This document shows positions 1 through 10,470 of a stretch of 26,166 bases of DNA, in pieces. The notes under the pieces are model-generated. The model saw only the letters and a list, made by a program, of their open reading frames with translations. It was not told where the DNA came from and ran no database searches. Position numbers and translations under genes: made by a program. The stretch is taken from assembly GCA_026026165.1 (NCBI GenBank), contig JAPEUD010000093.1:62001-88166 (forward strand), read 5' to 3'. Within the stretch, counting starts at the first letter, position 1, and each line of letters opens with the position of its first letter. This DNA is from Sarea resinae (Eukaryota).

Positions 1-1227
1 CGATGCATCATGACCGACCAGGGCGATAGGATCCCGATCCTCGGCCAAGAGCTGTCGGTGTCGGCCACGGAGTCGGTAGAGGGGAACCCGGTGAAGATCA
101 TCTCGGTCCCGTGGAAGACGCCCGCATCAAATACGGCCGCGATCGAGGACAAGACGGAGAAGGAGCCGCCGATGCAGCCGCTGGATCTCCTGGGGAATCC
201 AGAAGTGGAGTCGGACTTCGTGACGTATCCGATTGCCTGGAAGCGGCTACAATTCCGCATCGCGACGGCGAACAACGGACGGCGAAAAGAGCTCCAGCAA
301 CACTTTGTGGTCCGACTGAAAGTCATGGCCACCCTGGCCACGGGAGGCAAGATCTCTATATGTGAGGCGCAATCGGGTCCGGTAATTGTGCGCGGCAGAA
401 GTCCTCGAAATTTCCAGTCCCGAAAAGATCTTCCCCTCAATGGTGGCGCCTCTTCATCTCGGAAGGGGCAGCAGCAAGGACCGTCGGCCCCAACACGCAC
501 ATCCACCGGCGACTCTGGGCCTCCGCAGCAGCAGCAGCAGCAGATGCCAGCGAGCGAGCCGACTGTCGCCCCAGACCCGTCACAACAGCAGACGTCCTTT
601 CAGCAATACGACCGAAACGACCTCCAACTCTCGCCCAGCTTCATGGAATGGATGAAGATCTCCAATCAGCACGCAGGACCGCTGACCGCGATCCCCACCC
701 CAACCTCGTATCCGAAAAACCCACAACCGCACACTTCTCCCCTCTATGCCCAGTCCAGCCCCGAAGCCTCGCGCCCATCGACACTGTCATCTCAACCACC
801 CCCCTCCGTGCCCATCTCTCTCTCCCTCACCGACGACCTACCGCAATCAACGCCGTCCCGATCCAAGAGACAGCAGCAGCGCTCGAATTCCTCGTCCTCT
901 CCGCGCGGCGGGCCACCGACGACGGCATCGTCGATCCGAACGTCGAACAAGACGCCTCGAATCTCGCACGCCGCACTGCCCACGCCTAGCAAACAGGCCA
1001 CGAACTTCTCCTTTACGCACAACACGGCCATCAAGTTCATCGGCTCGCCCGACGAATCCGCCGATCTGTTATACGAATATTTCCCGCTCGGGCTCGACGA
1101 CTGGATGCCGCCCGTCGACGCCGTCTACCGGCCGCACGTCGTGCACCATACGAATCTGCCGAGCGACCCCAAGGCTTTGGCGGTCAAGAACCGGAGTAAG
1201 AGGTACTTTTCCGAGGACCAGCCTTGA
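1..1227 (+). CDS. ron1: Ndt80/PhoG-family transcription factor (RON1/XprG/VIB-1-like), 5' part outside window
   Basis: The frame is open from base 1. It contains the Ndt80 DNA-binding-domain motifs WKRLQFRIATANNGRRKELQQHF and PVIVRGRSPRNF, a Q/P/S-rich linker (CAG x6 at 526-543) and a C-terminal LLYEYFPLGLDDWMPPVDAVYRPHVVHH block. The symbol is assigned from its position beside GlcNAc catabolic genes. Confidence 0.9.
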   Translation, partial: RCIMTDQGDRIPILGQELSVSATESVEGNPVKIISVPWKTPASNTAAIEDKTEKEPPMQPLDLLGNPEVESDFVTYPIAWKRLQFRIATANNGRRKELQQHFVVRLKVMATLATGGKISICEAQSGPVIVRGRSPRNFQSRKDLPLNGGASSSRKGQQQGPSAPTRTSTGDSGPPQQQQQQMPASEPTVAPDPSQQQTSFQQYDRNDLQLSPSFMEWMKISNQHAGPLTAIPTPTSYPKNPQPHTSPLYAQSSPEASRPSTLSSQPPPSVPISLSLTDDLPQSTPSRSKRQQQRSNSSSSPRGGPPTTASSIRTSNKTPRISHAALPTPSKQATNFSFTHNTAIKFIGSPDESADLLYEYFPLGLDDWMPPVDAVYRPHVVHHTNLPSDPKALAVKNRSKRYFSEDQP

Positions 1228-1464
1228 TACGGTTTGGCTTTTGTGTTTCTCGATGGGTTGGTGAATGGGTGGGAGGGTGGGAGGGTGGGTGAATGGGATG
1301 AAAGCGGCTGGATGGAGCTTGGGGTTTTTTGGTTTTTTTCTGTTTAGGATCTATGAATGGTTTGGATGGGTCGATGGACCCTTTTGTCTCTGGATATCCC
1401 TTCCTGTCGGGTTTGGTTTGGTTTTTGACGATCCCCCTACTTGCTTTTTTGGTCAGTGTGTGTG

Positions 1465-1760
1465 TCTAGTTGTCTAAGAGGCGATCATGGGCAAATCGGA
1501 ACACGTTGAAAGACTTGATCTAGTTGTCTATAAGAAGTGATAATAAGCAACTTAGATCCCACGTTGAAAGACTCAAGTCTAGTTGTCTATAGGAAGTGAT
1601 GATAAGCAGTTCAGATCCCATGTTTGAAAGACTCAAGTCTACTTGTCTATCACAAGTGATGGTTGGAGGCCAACCTAGAATCCACGTTGGAAGACTCAAG
1701 TCTAGTTGTCTATAAGAAGTGATGACGGGCAGATCCGATCCCACGTTGAAGGAAGACTCG
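1465..1760. repeat. Five-unit degenerate tandem repeat (54-63 bp units)
   Basis: Units begin with TCTA(G/C)TTGTCTA at 1465, 1519, 1578, 1638 and 1701. The conserved core GATCCCACGTTGAAAGACTCAAGTCTAGTTGTCTATAAGAAGTGAT alternates with 13-17 bp variable segments. Confidence 0.92.
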
Positions 1761-1780
1761 TGTCCTATCTGCCTCACTAT

Positions 1781-2055
1781 CTACCTACCTACCTACCTAC
1801 CTACCTACCTATCCCCTTAGCGATCTAGCGATCTCTCTATTGAATCTGCTTATCAATTGACCTTTTCTATTGAAACCTCTCTTTATTCTATCTACATATG
1901 TACCTTTAATCTTAGTATTAATCTAGGAACTCTAGGCAGCGGTAGAGAAGTAGAGAAGATAGATACCTGGATAGAAATAGATAGTATCTAAGGTACATAG
2001 TAATTTGCAAATCAATTGATGGATAGTCTTGGTCTAGAGAGATAGATAGAAAGAG

Positions 2056-2097
<42 letters not shown>

Positions 2098-2133
2098 GAT
2101 AGAAAGATAGAAAAAAGAAGAAAAGGTTTATAA

Positions 2134-2164
<31 letters not shown>

Positions 2165-2760
2165 CGCACGAGCTTTTCTATAAAGACAGGAAAGGTTTTC
2201 TGAGAAAGAAGAAGGAAGATTCAAAAAGAAGCAAACGGCAAACAGCTAGAGAGAAGAAGACTAGGTAAGGTAAGGTAACCTTCGAGAGTTAAGAAACTAG
2301 TCGGTAGATAAGGTATCTTTAGTAGCTTGAAGAGAAGAGAAGAAAAGAAAAGAAATAGAAAAGAAATAGAAAGAAACTGTCTTACCTTACTTGGTACTAA
2401 TCCCTTGAACCTATAAGAGGATCTATTGATATTACTTTCATAGGTAAGGCAAAGGAGAGTCAGGTATAAGAAAGGAAGATGGGATTATATATATAAAAGT
2501 AGTAATGTAGGATAAGATTAGAGTTGACTATTGTGTTTTTTATTAGTTGATTAGTTTCTAGTTATTGATACAATACGTTTGAGATTAGGGGTTTGACTTT
2601 AGTTATAGAGGAGAGAAACAAGGAAAGAGAAGAGAGAAGAGAGAAGGGAGAAGAAAGGAAAAGTATTTCTACTCCAATATCACGCCGGGCTTAACTATAG
2701 ATGTAGATGTTCTCCCTCTCTCCCTCTCTCCCTCCCTCCCTCCCTCTCCCCCCTCATGTA
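1781..2760. repeat. AT-rich, TpA-rich simple-repeat tract (RIP-like)
   Basis: (CTAC)n at 1781-1811, (AG)n at 2060-2090, (TAG)10 at 2134-2163, AAAAG/GAGAA purine runs and (TCCC)n near 2730. TpA is abundant, CpA/TpG are scarce, and there is no credible ORF. Confidence 0.85.
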
Positions 2761-2768
2761 TATATCTT

Positions 2769-4978
2769 TCACGTAACACTCCCCTCGATCCCATGCTCTA
2801 CCACCTCCACCTCAACCTCCGTCTCACCCACATCCTCCAACGCCGACGTCGCCCGCACGAGCGCGGCCAACCCTGCCTTGAGCCCCTCTTCCCCTTCCCC
2901 TCCTCCCTCTCCTCCGCAATCTCCTCCTAATACTATGACTCCTTCATTATAAACAACACCAGCATCAACACTCCTGACCCTCATGCCGGTCCGCCCGAGC
3001 CCGTCCTCGTATATCTCGCCCACCAGACCCGCCGTGCGACAGCCGACCAAGGTACCGTGTAGGCTGGAGAGCTCTAGCTTTGGCTCGAGCGATGGTGACG
3101 GCGAGAGTGACGACGAGGATGCCAGGCTCAGGCTCAGGCTCAGCTTTTCGGTCCAGGGGCTTGAATCCCGGGGCTCGAGCGCGCGCAGCTCCTGTACCAG
3201 GCGCGCGAGCGTATACGCTGCCTCTACCTCTACCTCTAGCTCTGCCTCTGCCTCTGCCTCTGCCTCTGCCTCTGTCTCTGTCCCTGCCTGGGTGTCGGGC
3301 CTCGCGGCATAGAAAGGTACGTATTGCCAGCGCGTGGGACGCAGCGTGGCCCAGCGCTCGGGTCGGAAGGTCTCGGCGTCTGGTCCGAAAATTGCGGCTT
3401 GTCGATGCAGCGAGTATGCGTCGTAGTGCACTGTTGTCCCTTTCGGGATAAAGATGGGTTCGTCGCCGTGAGGGCCGCCACCCAGTGGCAGTGATGTGTC
3501 TACTAGGGCGCGTCGGGCGTTGATGGGCACGATGGGGTGAAGGCGGAGGCCTAGATAGGAGGCAAGGATGTGTCAGCGAGCGAGTGAGTGAGTGGGCGAG
3601 GGAGTGACAGAGTAGTGATCAAGGAGCAAGTAAGCTTGTGAAGCATGTAGACTTCTAATCTTCTAACATACACTCCTCGCTCCCCTCTCCTTTTCGACAC
3701 TTCTCGGCAGTTGGGAGATCTTCATGTGAGGAAAGAAACCAACTTACTCTCGTTAATGCAATACCTGAGGTATTTGCAGTCCTTGAGACTCTCCTTCGTC
3801 GGCGCATCCCCCCCAAATACTTCTGCTACTTCTGCCCGCAGCTTGGTCCAGATGTCCGGTCGACGCGCGAGCGTGTGGCAGAGGTTGCTTAGCAGGCCCG
3901 CGGTCGCGCCACGTCCGGCTAGCAGGATGTGAAGCGTCGCGTCGCGCTGAAGAACAGAGCTGGAGCTCGGTCTGGCGACCTGGTCCAGGAAGGAGCTGTG
4001 CAGGGTTTTTTGGTCCGAGTTCGTGTTCTGGCTTATGCCGTTAGGCGGATCCCAAGTCTGGTCTTTGTTGATGGATTTGCTGTCTTTACGGTTGCACCAT
4101 GCCACTACTTTTTCGACGTAGCGGTCCACGAACTCGTGCACGGCGCTGCTGGCATTCGCATAGCTTCGCCCGTGAATAAATCCCCACGGACGGGCGCGAA
4201 TCCATCTGATGCCAATTGTCTGGGCCTCCTGGAATGCCTGGGGGAAGAAGCTGCTGGATCCGCCGTTTCCCAGCACGGCTGGGCTCACGAGCGAATCGAC
4301 GGATTGGCCAGACACGAGTTCCATCGCCGCGTCTATCGTCAGCCGAAAGAACAGGTCCTGCAAGTCCACGGTCGATCCGTCTTTGGGGATGACTTCGATC
4401 AGGTGGTCCACGTGCTTCTCTAACGTCTCTGGAGGACAAAGTGTATTAGAACCGCGTTAATAGGGCTACGTCCAGGAGACTACATTACGTAAATCCGCAA
4501 CCTGCTTCGTCGCAGGCTGAGTCCGAAGAAGAGTGCGAGAAACTTCCCAATTAGGCCCATTGCACGTACAGATACCCTCTCTGAAGACGGAATAAAAGGA
4601 GCTTTTTCGTTCAGGCTCGAGGCCGAAATCCTTGGACTTCAGCGCCAATATGGTCCTGATGTTCTCGGGCTCGATGGTGAAGATGCTCGTCCGGCCTAGC
4701 ACGTAGTCCTGAAAGGTGTTGCCGATGCGCTTGAAGCGGCCGAGCTGGTATTCGAGAAACGTGTGCGACTGGACGTGCGACGTCATCTCGCGCCAGGCGT
4801 CGAGGCCAAAGAGGGGCGGTCTCTGGACGTATGCCGCAGGAGGCTTGCAGCCATGCTCGCGGATGAAATGGCGCCGCGATATCGTCCGCGCTATCTTCTG
4901 GATGACTTGGCAGAGTACAGTGACAGAGACAAAGCACAGGAGTGCGTAGGCATAGACATGCTGGCCTGAATCACCCAT
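2769..4978 (-). CDS. CYP52-like cytochrome P450 lacking the heme-ligand Cys (pseudoenzyme or young pseudogene); exons 4489-4978, 3748-4428, 2769-3550; about 650 aa
   Basis: N-terminal TM anchor followed by HGCKPP. CYP52-type segments include TIEPENIRTIL, VDLQDLFFRLTID, I-helix ILLAGRGATAGLLS, K-helix INESLRLHP (across the intron 2 junction), LPLGGGPHGDEPIFIPKG and FRPERW. GT-AG introns at 4429-4488 and 3551-3747 restore the frame. FxxGxRxCxG is absent. Confidence 0.85.
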
Positions 4979-6119
4979 GATGTCGGTGCTTAGTGTGGAC
5001 ACTGTCGAACATGCAGTGATAGAAGATCATAGGGTCTTTGAAAGCAGAAACGGATGAAGCCAGAGATGGATACATGGAGCTTATATGTGTACTACATCAA
5101 TGCTTGCTTTCCGATGAGATACGGCAACATGATGAGATGTAAGATGAAAAAGAAAGCATAAGCTCAGAAGCCGATCGAGACAGAGCCAATAAACAGCACC
5201 AATTTCAGGAGGCACTGGCAATTCCTCAGCCCTTGCCACGTGGGGCCATGGCCATAAGATCCGTCATAACATGGCAACAACGTCAAGCCAGGAAGACGAC
5301 GAGGTGCGAGCGACTTGAGTCAGCATGTCAGACTGGGAGGATAAGCCCTTGACGGAAACAAGTAAGGGCGATTTGGAGATGCGAGATCGTCTTCTGGGAC
5401 CGCGCATATCAAGTCAGATAAGACGGACAGATGGTAATCCGGGGGTGAGGAAAGTCAGCGCTTACTCCTTGTGTGCCGTCAATTGCATCGGCTATGGGTG
5501 GTGGTCGCCATTTACACTTCACGCCTGTCCCGATCAGGCATACCTTGCTTCGCTCCAGGCTCGGCTGCCGCGTCGGCCACGCCGTCTCTGGACATTGGGA
5601 TTGGGTTCCCTTCCCATCGCCAATGCCAGTCCCGCAATTAGAAGAAGAGGACTCAATTCTCGAATGAGCTGAATGCCACCGTTTGCCAGATCGTTGGTCT
5701 GGAGGATCTAGAAGAGCACTGGAGAGTTCGGTATGCCTCTGATGGGGATAGACCATAGGTACACACATACCCGTGACCTCATATACCGCATGCGTGAGAG
5801 GATGGGATCAAGAAGGCATTACAGAATCTATTCGATGACAGGCAGAGGATGGACCGTTTCTGGTCAATCATACCTTCACTGACGGCAGTGGATTGAAGAG
5901 GATTCGTATCGACAAGTGCGTCATGTCCTTGATCTCATACCGTCAACAAGTCTTGCTCTGCTCGAGGCTTGCACGCACGCTGATCAGCATCAAACAAAAT
6001 GCGACGCGCATCCATGCTATAAATTACCCAAAATATATATATATCCAAAAGGCCTGATGACAAACGTCCTCTAGTCAAGCGAAAAAGACCATCAAGAGCA
6101 AGAGAGAAAGACAGAGGGG

Positions 6120-7868
6120 CTACTCTTCCACGGCAGTGGTAGCAGGCACCTTGTGCTCGCTAGCCTCGACACTGCTCTTTCTCTCCGCACCACCAGCACT
6201 AACATTACTCCTCCTGTCCGGCACCACGGCCACGCCCTCGGTGCCGACCACCGTATCGACGCCCACGACATCCGACTCGGATTCGTCGCTGAACTTCAGG
6301 TCCGCCTCCAGCGATGCGTGATCCTGAACCTTGAGCAGGATGACCGGTAGTGCGATCAGGAGAGAGCCGCAGAGCAGGCCCCAGCACGATGCGAATTCGT
6401 TCATGTACGGCGCCTTGAGCGCGTCAATGCGGTAGATGATGGCTGCGCCCGCCGATTGGATGCCCTTGTAGAAACCGGCGAAGTTGGCCAGTTTGCGTGA
6501 GTTGTTGGTCAGCGAGCCCATCAACCTGTACGGGGCCTCCATCAGTCTTGTGTGTTCTCGAACTTGGTTTGCGTTGGGGTGAGGAGGACACTTACCAATA
6601 AACCGATGTCTGCCACGCGGCGTCGTAGAATCCGTAGAACATGTACAGGAACATCGGTCCCACGTACCCAGAATGGTCCCAGTCCCATCCAACCCAGCCG
6701 TTGGCCTTGTTTACGTCTTTGCGGGTGTAGCGTTTCTGCCACGCGTAGCCCCCGCCCCAGATGGCCATGGTGATGGCAAACAAGACGGTCCACACGGCCT
6801 TGGCACGGGTAGAACGACGGAACTGGGCCAAGTCGAGGCAGAAGCCGAAGATGGAGGCACCGACGATCTGCGAGGACCAGTAGAGGACGTTGTTCAGCGA
6901 ACGGGTGCGGATGTTGAAATAGGCGGAATTAATGGAATTGAAGTGATAGGTGTAGAACCAATTCGATGCAAAGAACATGGGGAACAGGAAGATGATGTAC
7001 GTGTCAGAGCGGAAGGTCTGATAGAGTCCCAGAAGCTCCGACTGCCAGGTGGGATTCTTCATCACGATGACGCGCGAGCCGTCGTCACGGATGATGTCTT
7101 TGGAGTTGACGAGGAACCAGGCGAGAATAGCACCCACGAACATGAGCACCATAAAGGCTACGTACGTGCCGTCGTTAACGTGACCTTCGGTCGAGTGCAA
7201 GTTTTGGCCTAGGGGAATCTAAAGAATCAGTATACTGGATGGTGGCCTATCGAGAATTCAGGACTCACCAGACTTCCAATGACACCACCCAAATTGAAAA
7301 TCATCCAAAACACAGAAATGTATCGTCCCTTCTTTTCCTCTGGAGGGTAAGACATCATGATGGCACCCTGCGCCGTCCAGAGCAGTCCTGCACAGACGCC
7401 CAGCATGGCGCCAGCAAAGATGACGAAACCTGAATTCTTGGTATGGTTGTAGCAGAGAAGAGACGACGAGTAGATGAAGTATCCAATTCCGCCGAAAGAC
7501 AGCGACAACTTGATGCCGAGCCTGTTTGCAAAGGTTCCGGCGAAGAAGCCAACCACGGCGAAGGTCGAGTTCAGGGCAACACTAGCATTGTCGGCGACTT
7601 TGGGGTCCAACTGCCCTCCACCTCCGAGACCACTAAGAGAATTGTACATGCCCGGGCACAAGAAGCAGACGAATGCCACCATCAACAACTGTGATTGCGG
7701 TGACGCAAACCACGGGAAGCGGAAGCTCCCGATCTTCAACCTTCTGTACATCCATGACGTGTTTCCAGCCGTTGGGTCACCGGCTTCTTCATTGGCGACG
7801 GTTCTGGGCTCATCGGTCGACGAAGATATCTCAGGAGCCGGCGCAGTTTTCTCGTTCTCATCTGCCAT
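6120..7868 (-). CDS. ngt1: UNC-93-like (DUF895) MFS transporter, probable GlcNAc transporter; exons 7269-7868, 6596-7218, 6120-6525; 542 aa
   Basis: Multiple hydrophobic helices and family motifs FVCFLCPGMYNSLSGLGGGG, AGLLWTAQG, FWMIFNLGGVIG, FFASNWFYTY and GFYKGIQSAGAA. GT-AG introns at 7219-7268 and 6526-6595 join the three ORF pieces in frame. The gene is divergent from nag1. Confidence 0.88.
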
Positions 7869-9586
7869 GCTGTCGAGTATCAAGTGGTCTCGTGCGCGAG
7901 AGGCAGTGGTCGATACGCAAACCCTGGAAGCTCTGAGGTCGCGCTCTTGACAAGCAGAAGAGAGATGGTAAGCTGGAGGCGTGACACTTCCTGAAGAGCT
8001 CGACGCGGGGAAGATCAATGAGAGAGATCAACGACGATCTTTAAACGGCCTCGTCGAGACGTCTCACCCGCCGCACTCGTGTTACTCTCGTCTCGGCTCC
8101 GCTGTGGCACAAGCAGTAGCTTCAGTTGGCTCGAGAGCGATGTACACTATCTGCCGACCGAGATAAGGTCAAGTGAAGAGATTGGGAGGAAGTCGGAGAG
8201 ATAGAGAGTGACTGGGGGGGTTTCAATATCAATACGACGATTCAGCTCAGGCTACCATCCTACAGTGTGAGTCGAGTGACGCGAGTGAACGAGATGGCAT
8301 ATTACTCGTCTCCTGTTGCAAGAATGGGGTCGAGGGACGCCCTTCTTTCCGCTCCCGCTCCCTCGCTCGACCACCTGGTGGCTTACTGTACGTTCGGGGG
8401 CGTCTTATCTTTAGAGTCAACTACTCTCGACCTCTAGACCCTGACAGGTCCAATGGACGCTGTTCTGTTGGACCCTGCCCACCCTTTCTGGGGTAGACTG
8501 CAGAGGGCTCAAGGAGGTTAGGACATGTTAGGAGGCGTCGATTGACCAGTGAGAGGGGGCGGAGCGGGGAATATGGCCGAGAAGCGAGCGACCATCTCGC
8601 CTCGTCTCCGAAGATTCCTTGCAGCAGAGAACAGGTGCCAAGCAAGACATCAAGATACTCTCCCACCGAGACAGAAAGAGAGATGCGATTTGCGACAGGC
8701 TTCTTCGTGTGCTTGATCGAATCGGGGCGATAGGCGCACCGAGAGCCAATGTCACCTAGAGAGAGTTCCATGGCTACGGTGCCAATCCGTGTCGTAGTCA
8801 TCTTCCCGCGCGTCTGGGCGCCGCCACGACTGACGACGGTAGATAAGAAAGACGGTCGTTGAAGTCAAGATTGTGATGTTTCAACAAAGTCATGAAGAGA
8901 CGGCCGGTGCTTGACAATGATGAAGGGTCAGATGGTCGAGTAACGCGTGTTTGACATCTGAGCTTCGATCCGCCAAGGAGATGGGGGATGGGAGTACGAG
9001 TACCAGGAATCAGAGGAAGGAACTAAAATTGGCGAGCGATGGAAATGTAACGGTTTGATGCAGCCTCGATGGATCCATGCACCGCGGCCAGGGTTGTAGC
9101 AGTGGAGATGCACTCGATGGCTACCGAGTACTCTACTCGGACTACTCGTGGCTATCGGAGTAGACGATCGCCAGGTCGATGCTACTGTACCTTATGTCAG
9201 CATTGGCTCCCCGAGATGCCCACCCTTCCGGTCCATTGGACTGAAGCCTGAGTAACGTTACCTCGCTTTACGAAGGTCGGTCTGAACTCGATTCGCGACG
9301 GCGCGGATTAGAGATGGATGGAGGAGAGCAATAACACAATTTCACTGCGTCTGTGCCATCCGGTAGATAAGGTAGCTTGGCATCAGGTAAATGGGGAATG
9401 TCAGTGGCATGGATTTCTCGAGGTGGTAGAGAGTAGATCTCCGCCGTAGGATTGACCGTCTGGAGTGCGCTGAGGAGGATGTCTCCATATCAAAGGACCC
9501 ATCGTGATGGACCAGTGGCTGAGGTCCCTGTCCAAGCGTGGCAGATTGGAGGCTAATCGTGTTGAACGCACGCACGGAGCACCACC

Positions 9587-9620
9587 ACCTACCTACCTAC
9601 CTACCTACCTACCTTACCTA
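9587..9620. repeat. (CCTA)n microsatellite
   Basis: A cctacctacc... run. The same motif recurs at about 1781, 20985, 25556, 25694 and (reverse) 26111. Confidence 0.85.
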
Positions 9621-9913
9621 TTGACCTTTGGAGTGGTCCTCGATGCTCGGGCTACTGCTCCGAGTGCCCCTAAGGCGGTAGGTGTAGCCTAGCTCAACCA
9701 CATCCCCCATCATCCCCCATCATGATCCTCCCGTAGACTTTTTGCCTATCACATTTAGCCATTATAATCTGCCATCCATGGCCCATGGTTCCATGATACA
9801 TTGGGATTCCTACCGTAGCAGAGGAGTCACCAGTCGATGGAGACTGCTGCACCCAAGACGGATCACCTTACCCTATGTAATATGGAAATTAGGGTATCCA
9901 TCCATGCCGTCCA

Positions 9914-9938
9914 TCGCATCGCATCGCATCGCATCGCA
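9914..9938. repeat. (ATCGC)n microsatellite
   Basis: About five copies of ATCGC upstream of nag1. Confidence 0.8.
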
Positions 9939-10470
9939 TTTGATCCATTCTCCACGCTATCGTTCACCTACCTCCACGCTCGCCCAGAGCCTCGGTGCCA
10001 TTGCGGACGACCCCTCCATACGTTAACCTCTAGCTAGGTCAAGGGAAGAAGAGAAAGATCAGGTAAGGTGCTCTGGCCAAGGTAGTGACCCTACTTGCCT
10101 GGGCTACCCGCAATGATGCGGTGGCAGCCGCCTCCACTGTGCTGCCAGGCCCAATCCTCGGGAATGCTCTCTAGCACAGTTACTCCATACCTGCTCCACG
10201 TGCATGTCAGAAGCAAGAGATTTGGTGGCTCCACATTATTCACTATCTCATTCATTACCGTTGAAAGTGCCTAGGCAATCACTGTACGATAATTACAGAA
10301 CATATTCCTCCCATCGTGAACCTCGTGAACCTTTGTGATCCGCAGACTCTCTTCCCTTCGACAACTCGTGAATCTTTGCGTTGAAAACAAATCGCTGACT
10401 ACACCATCGCCGCGGAAACCTCTGCGAAGCAATCAGGCAGATCTCTCGGCGCTGTCTTATTCTTGTGAAG

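Larger units (their letters stand above)
7869..10470. promoter_or_regulatory. Divergent promoter region shared by ngt1 and nag1
   Basis: A 2.6-kb region with no recognisable coding sequence between head-to-head starts. It contains several GATAAG sites (about 8162, 8404 on -, 8842, 9366) and one Ndt80 MSE-like GTCGCAAAT on the - strand (8688-8696). Confidence 0.65.

Noticed and set aside
1465..1760. CRISPR array (repeat-spacer look, GTTGAAAG within the repeat)
   Set aside because: The context is eukaryotic with no cas genes. The repeats are degenerate, and the variable segments are only 13-17 bp and partly homologous to each other.
1520..1777. 85-aa minus-strand ORF with repeated RQLDLSL
   Set aside because: It is a by-product of the tandem repeat. 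It has a non-ATG start, and unit lengths are not consistently multiples of three.
1781..2700. Transposable element in the AT-rich tract
   Set aside because: No terminal repeats, target-site duplication or transposase/RT remnants were recognisable. A heavily mutated relic cannot be excluded.
5325..5768. Short ORFs between the CYP and ngt1
   Set aside because: No motifs were found. The region is best explained as ngt1 3' region plus CYP promoter.
7869..8018. N-terminal extension of the transporter in the ORF track
   Set aside because: It depends on a non-ATG start. The first in-frame ATG is at 7868.
8421..10037. Short ORFs in the ngt1/nag1 divergent region
   Set aside because: There is no recognisable domain, and several ORFs translate microsatellites.
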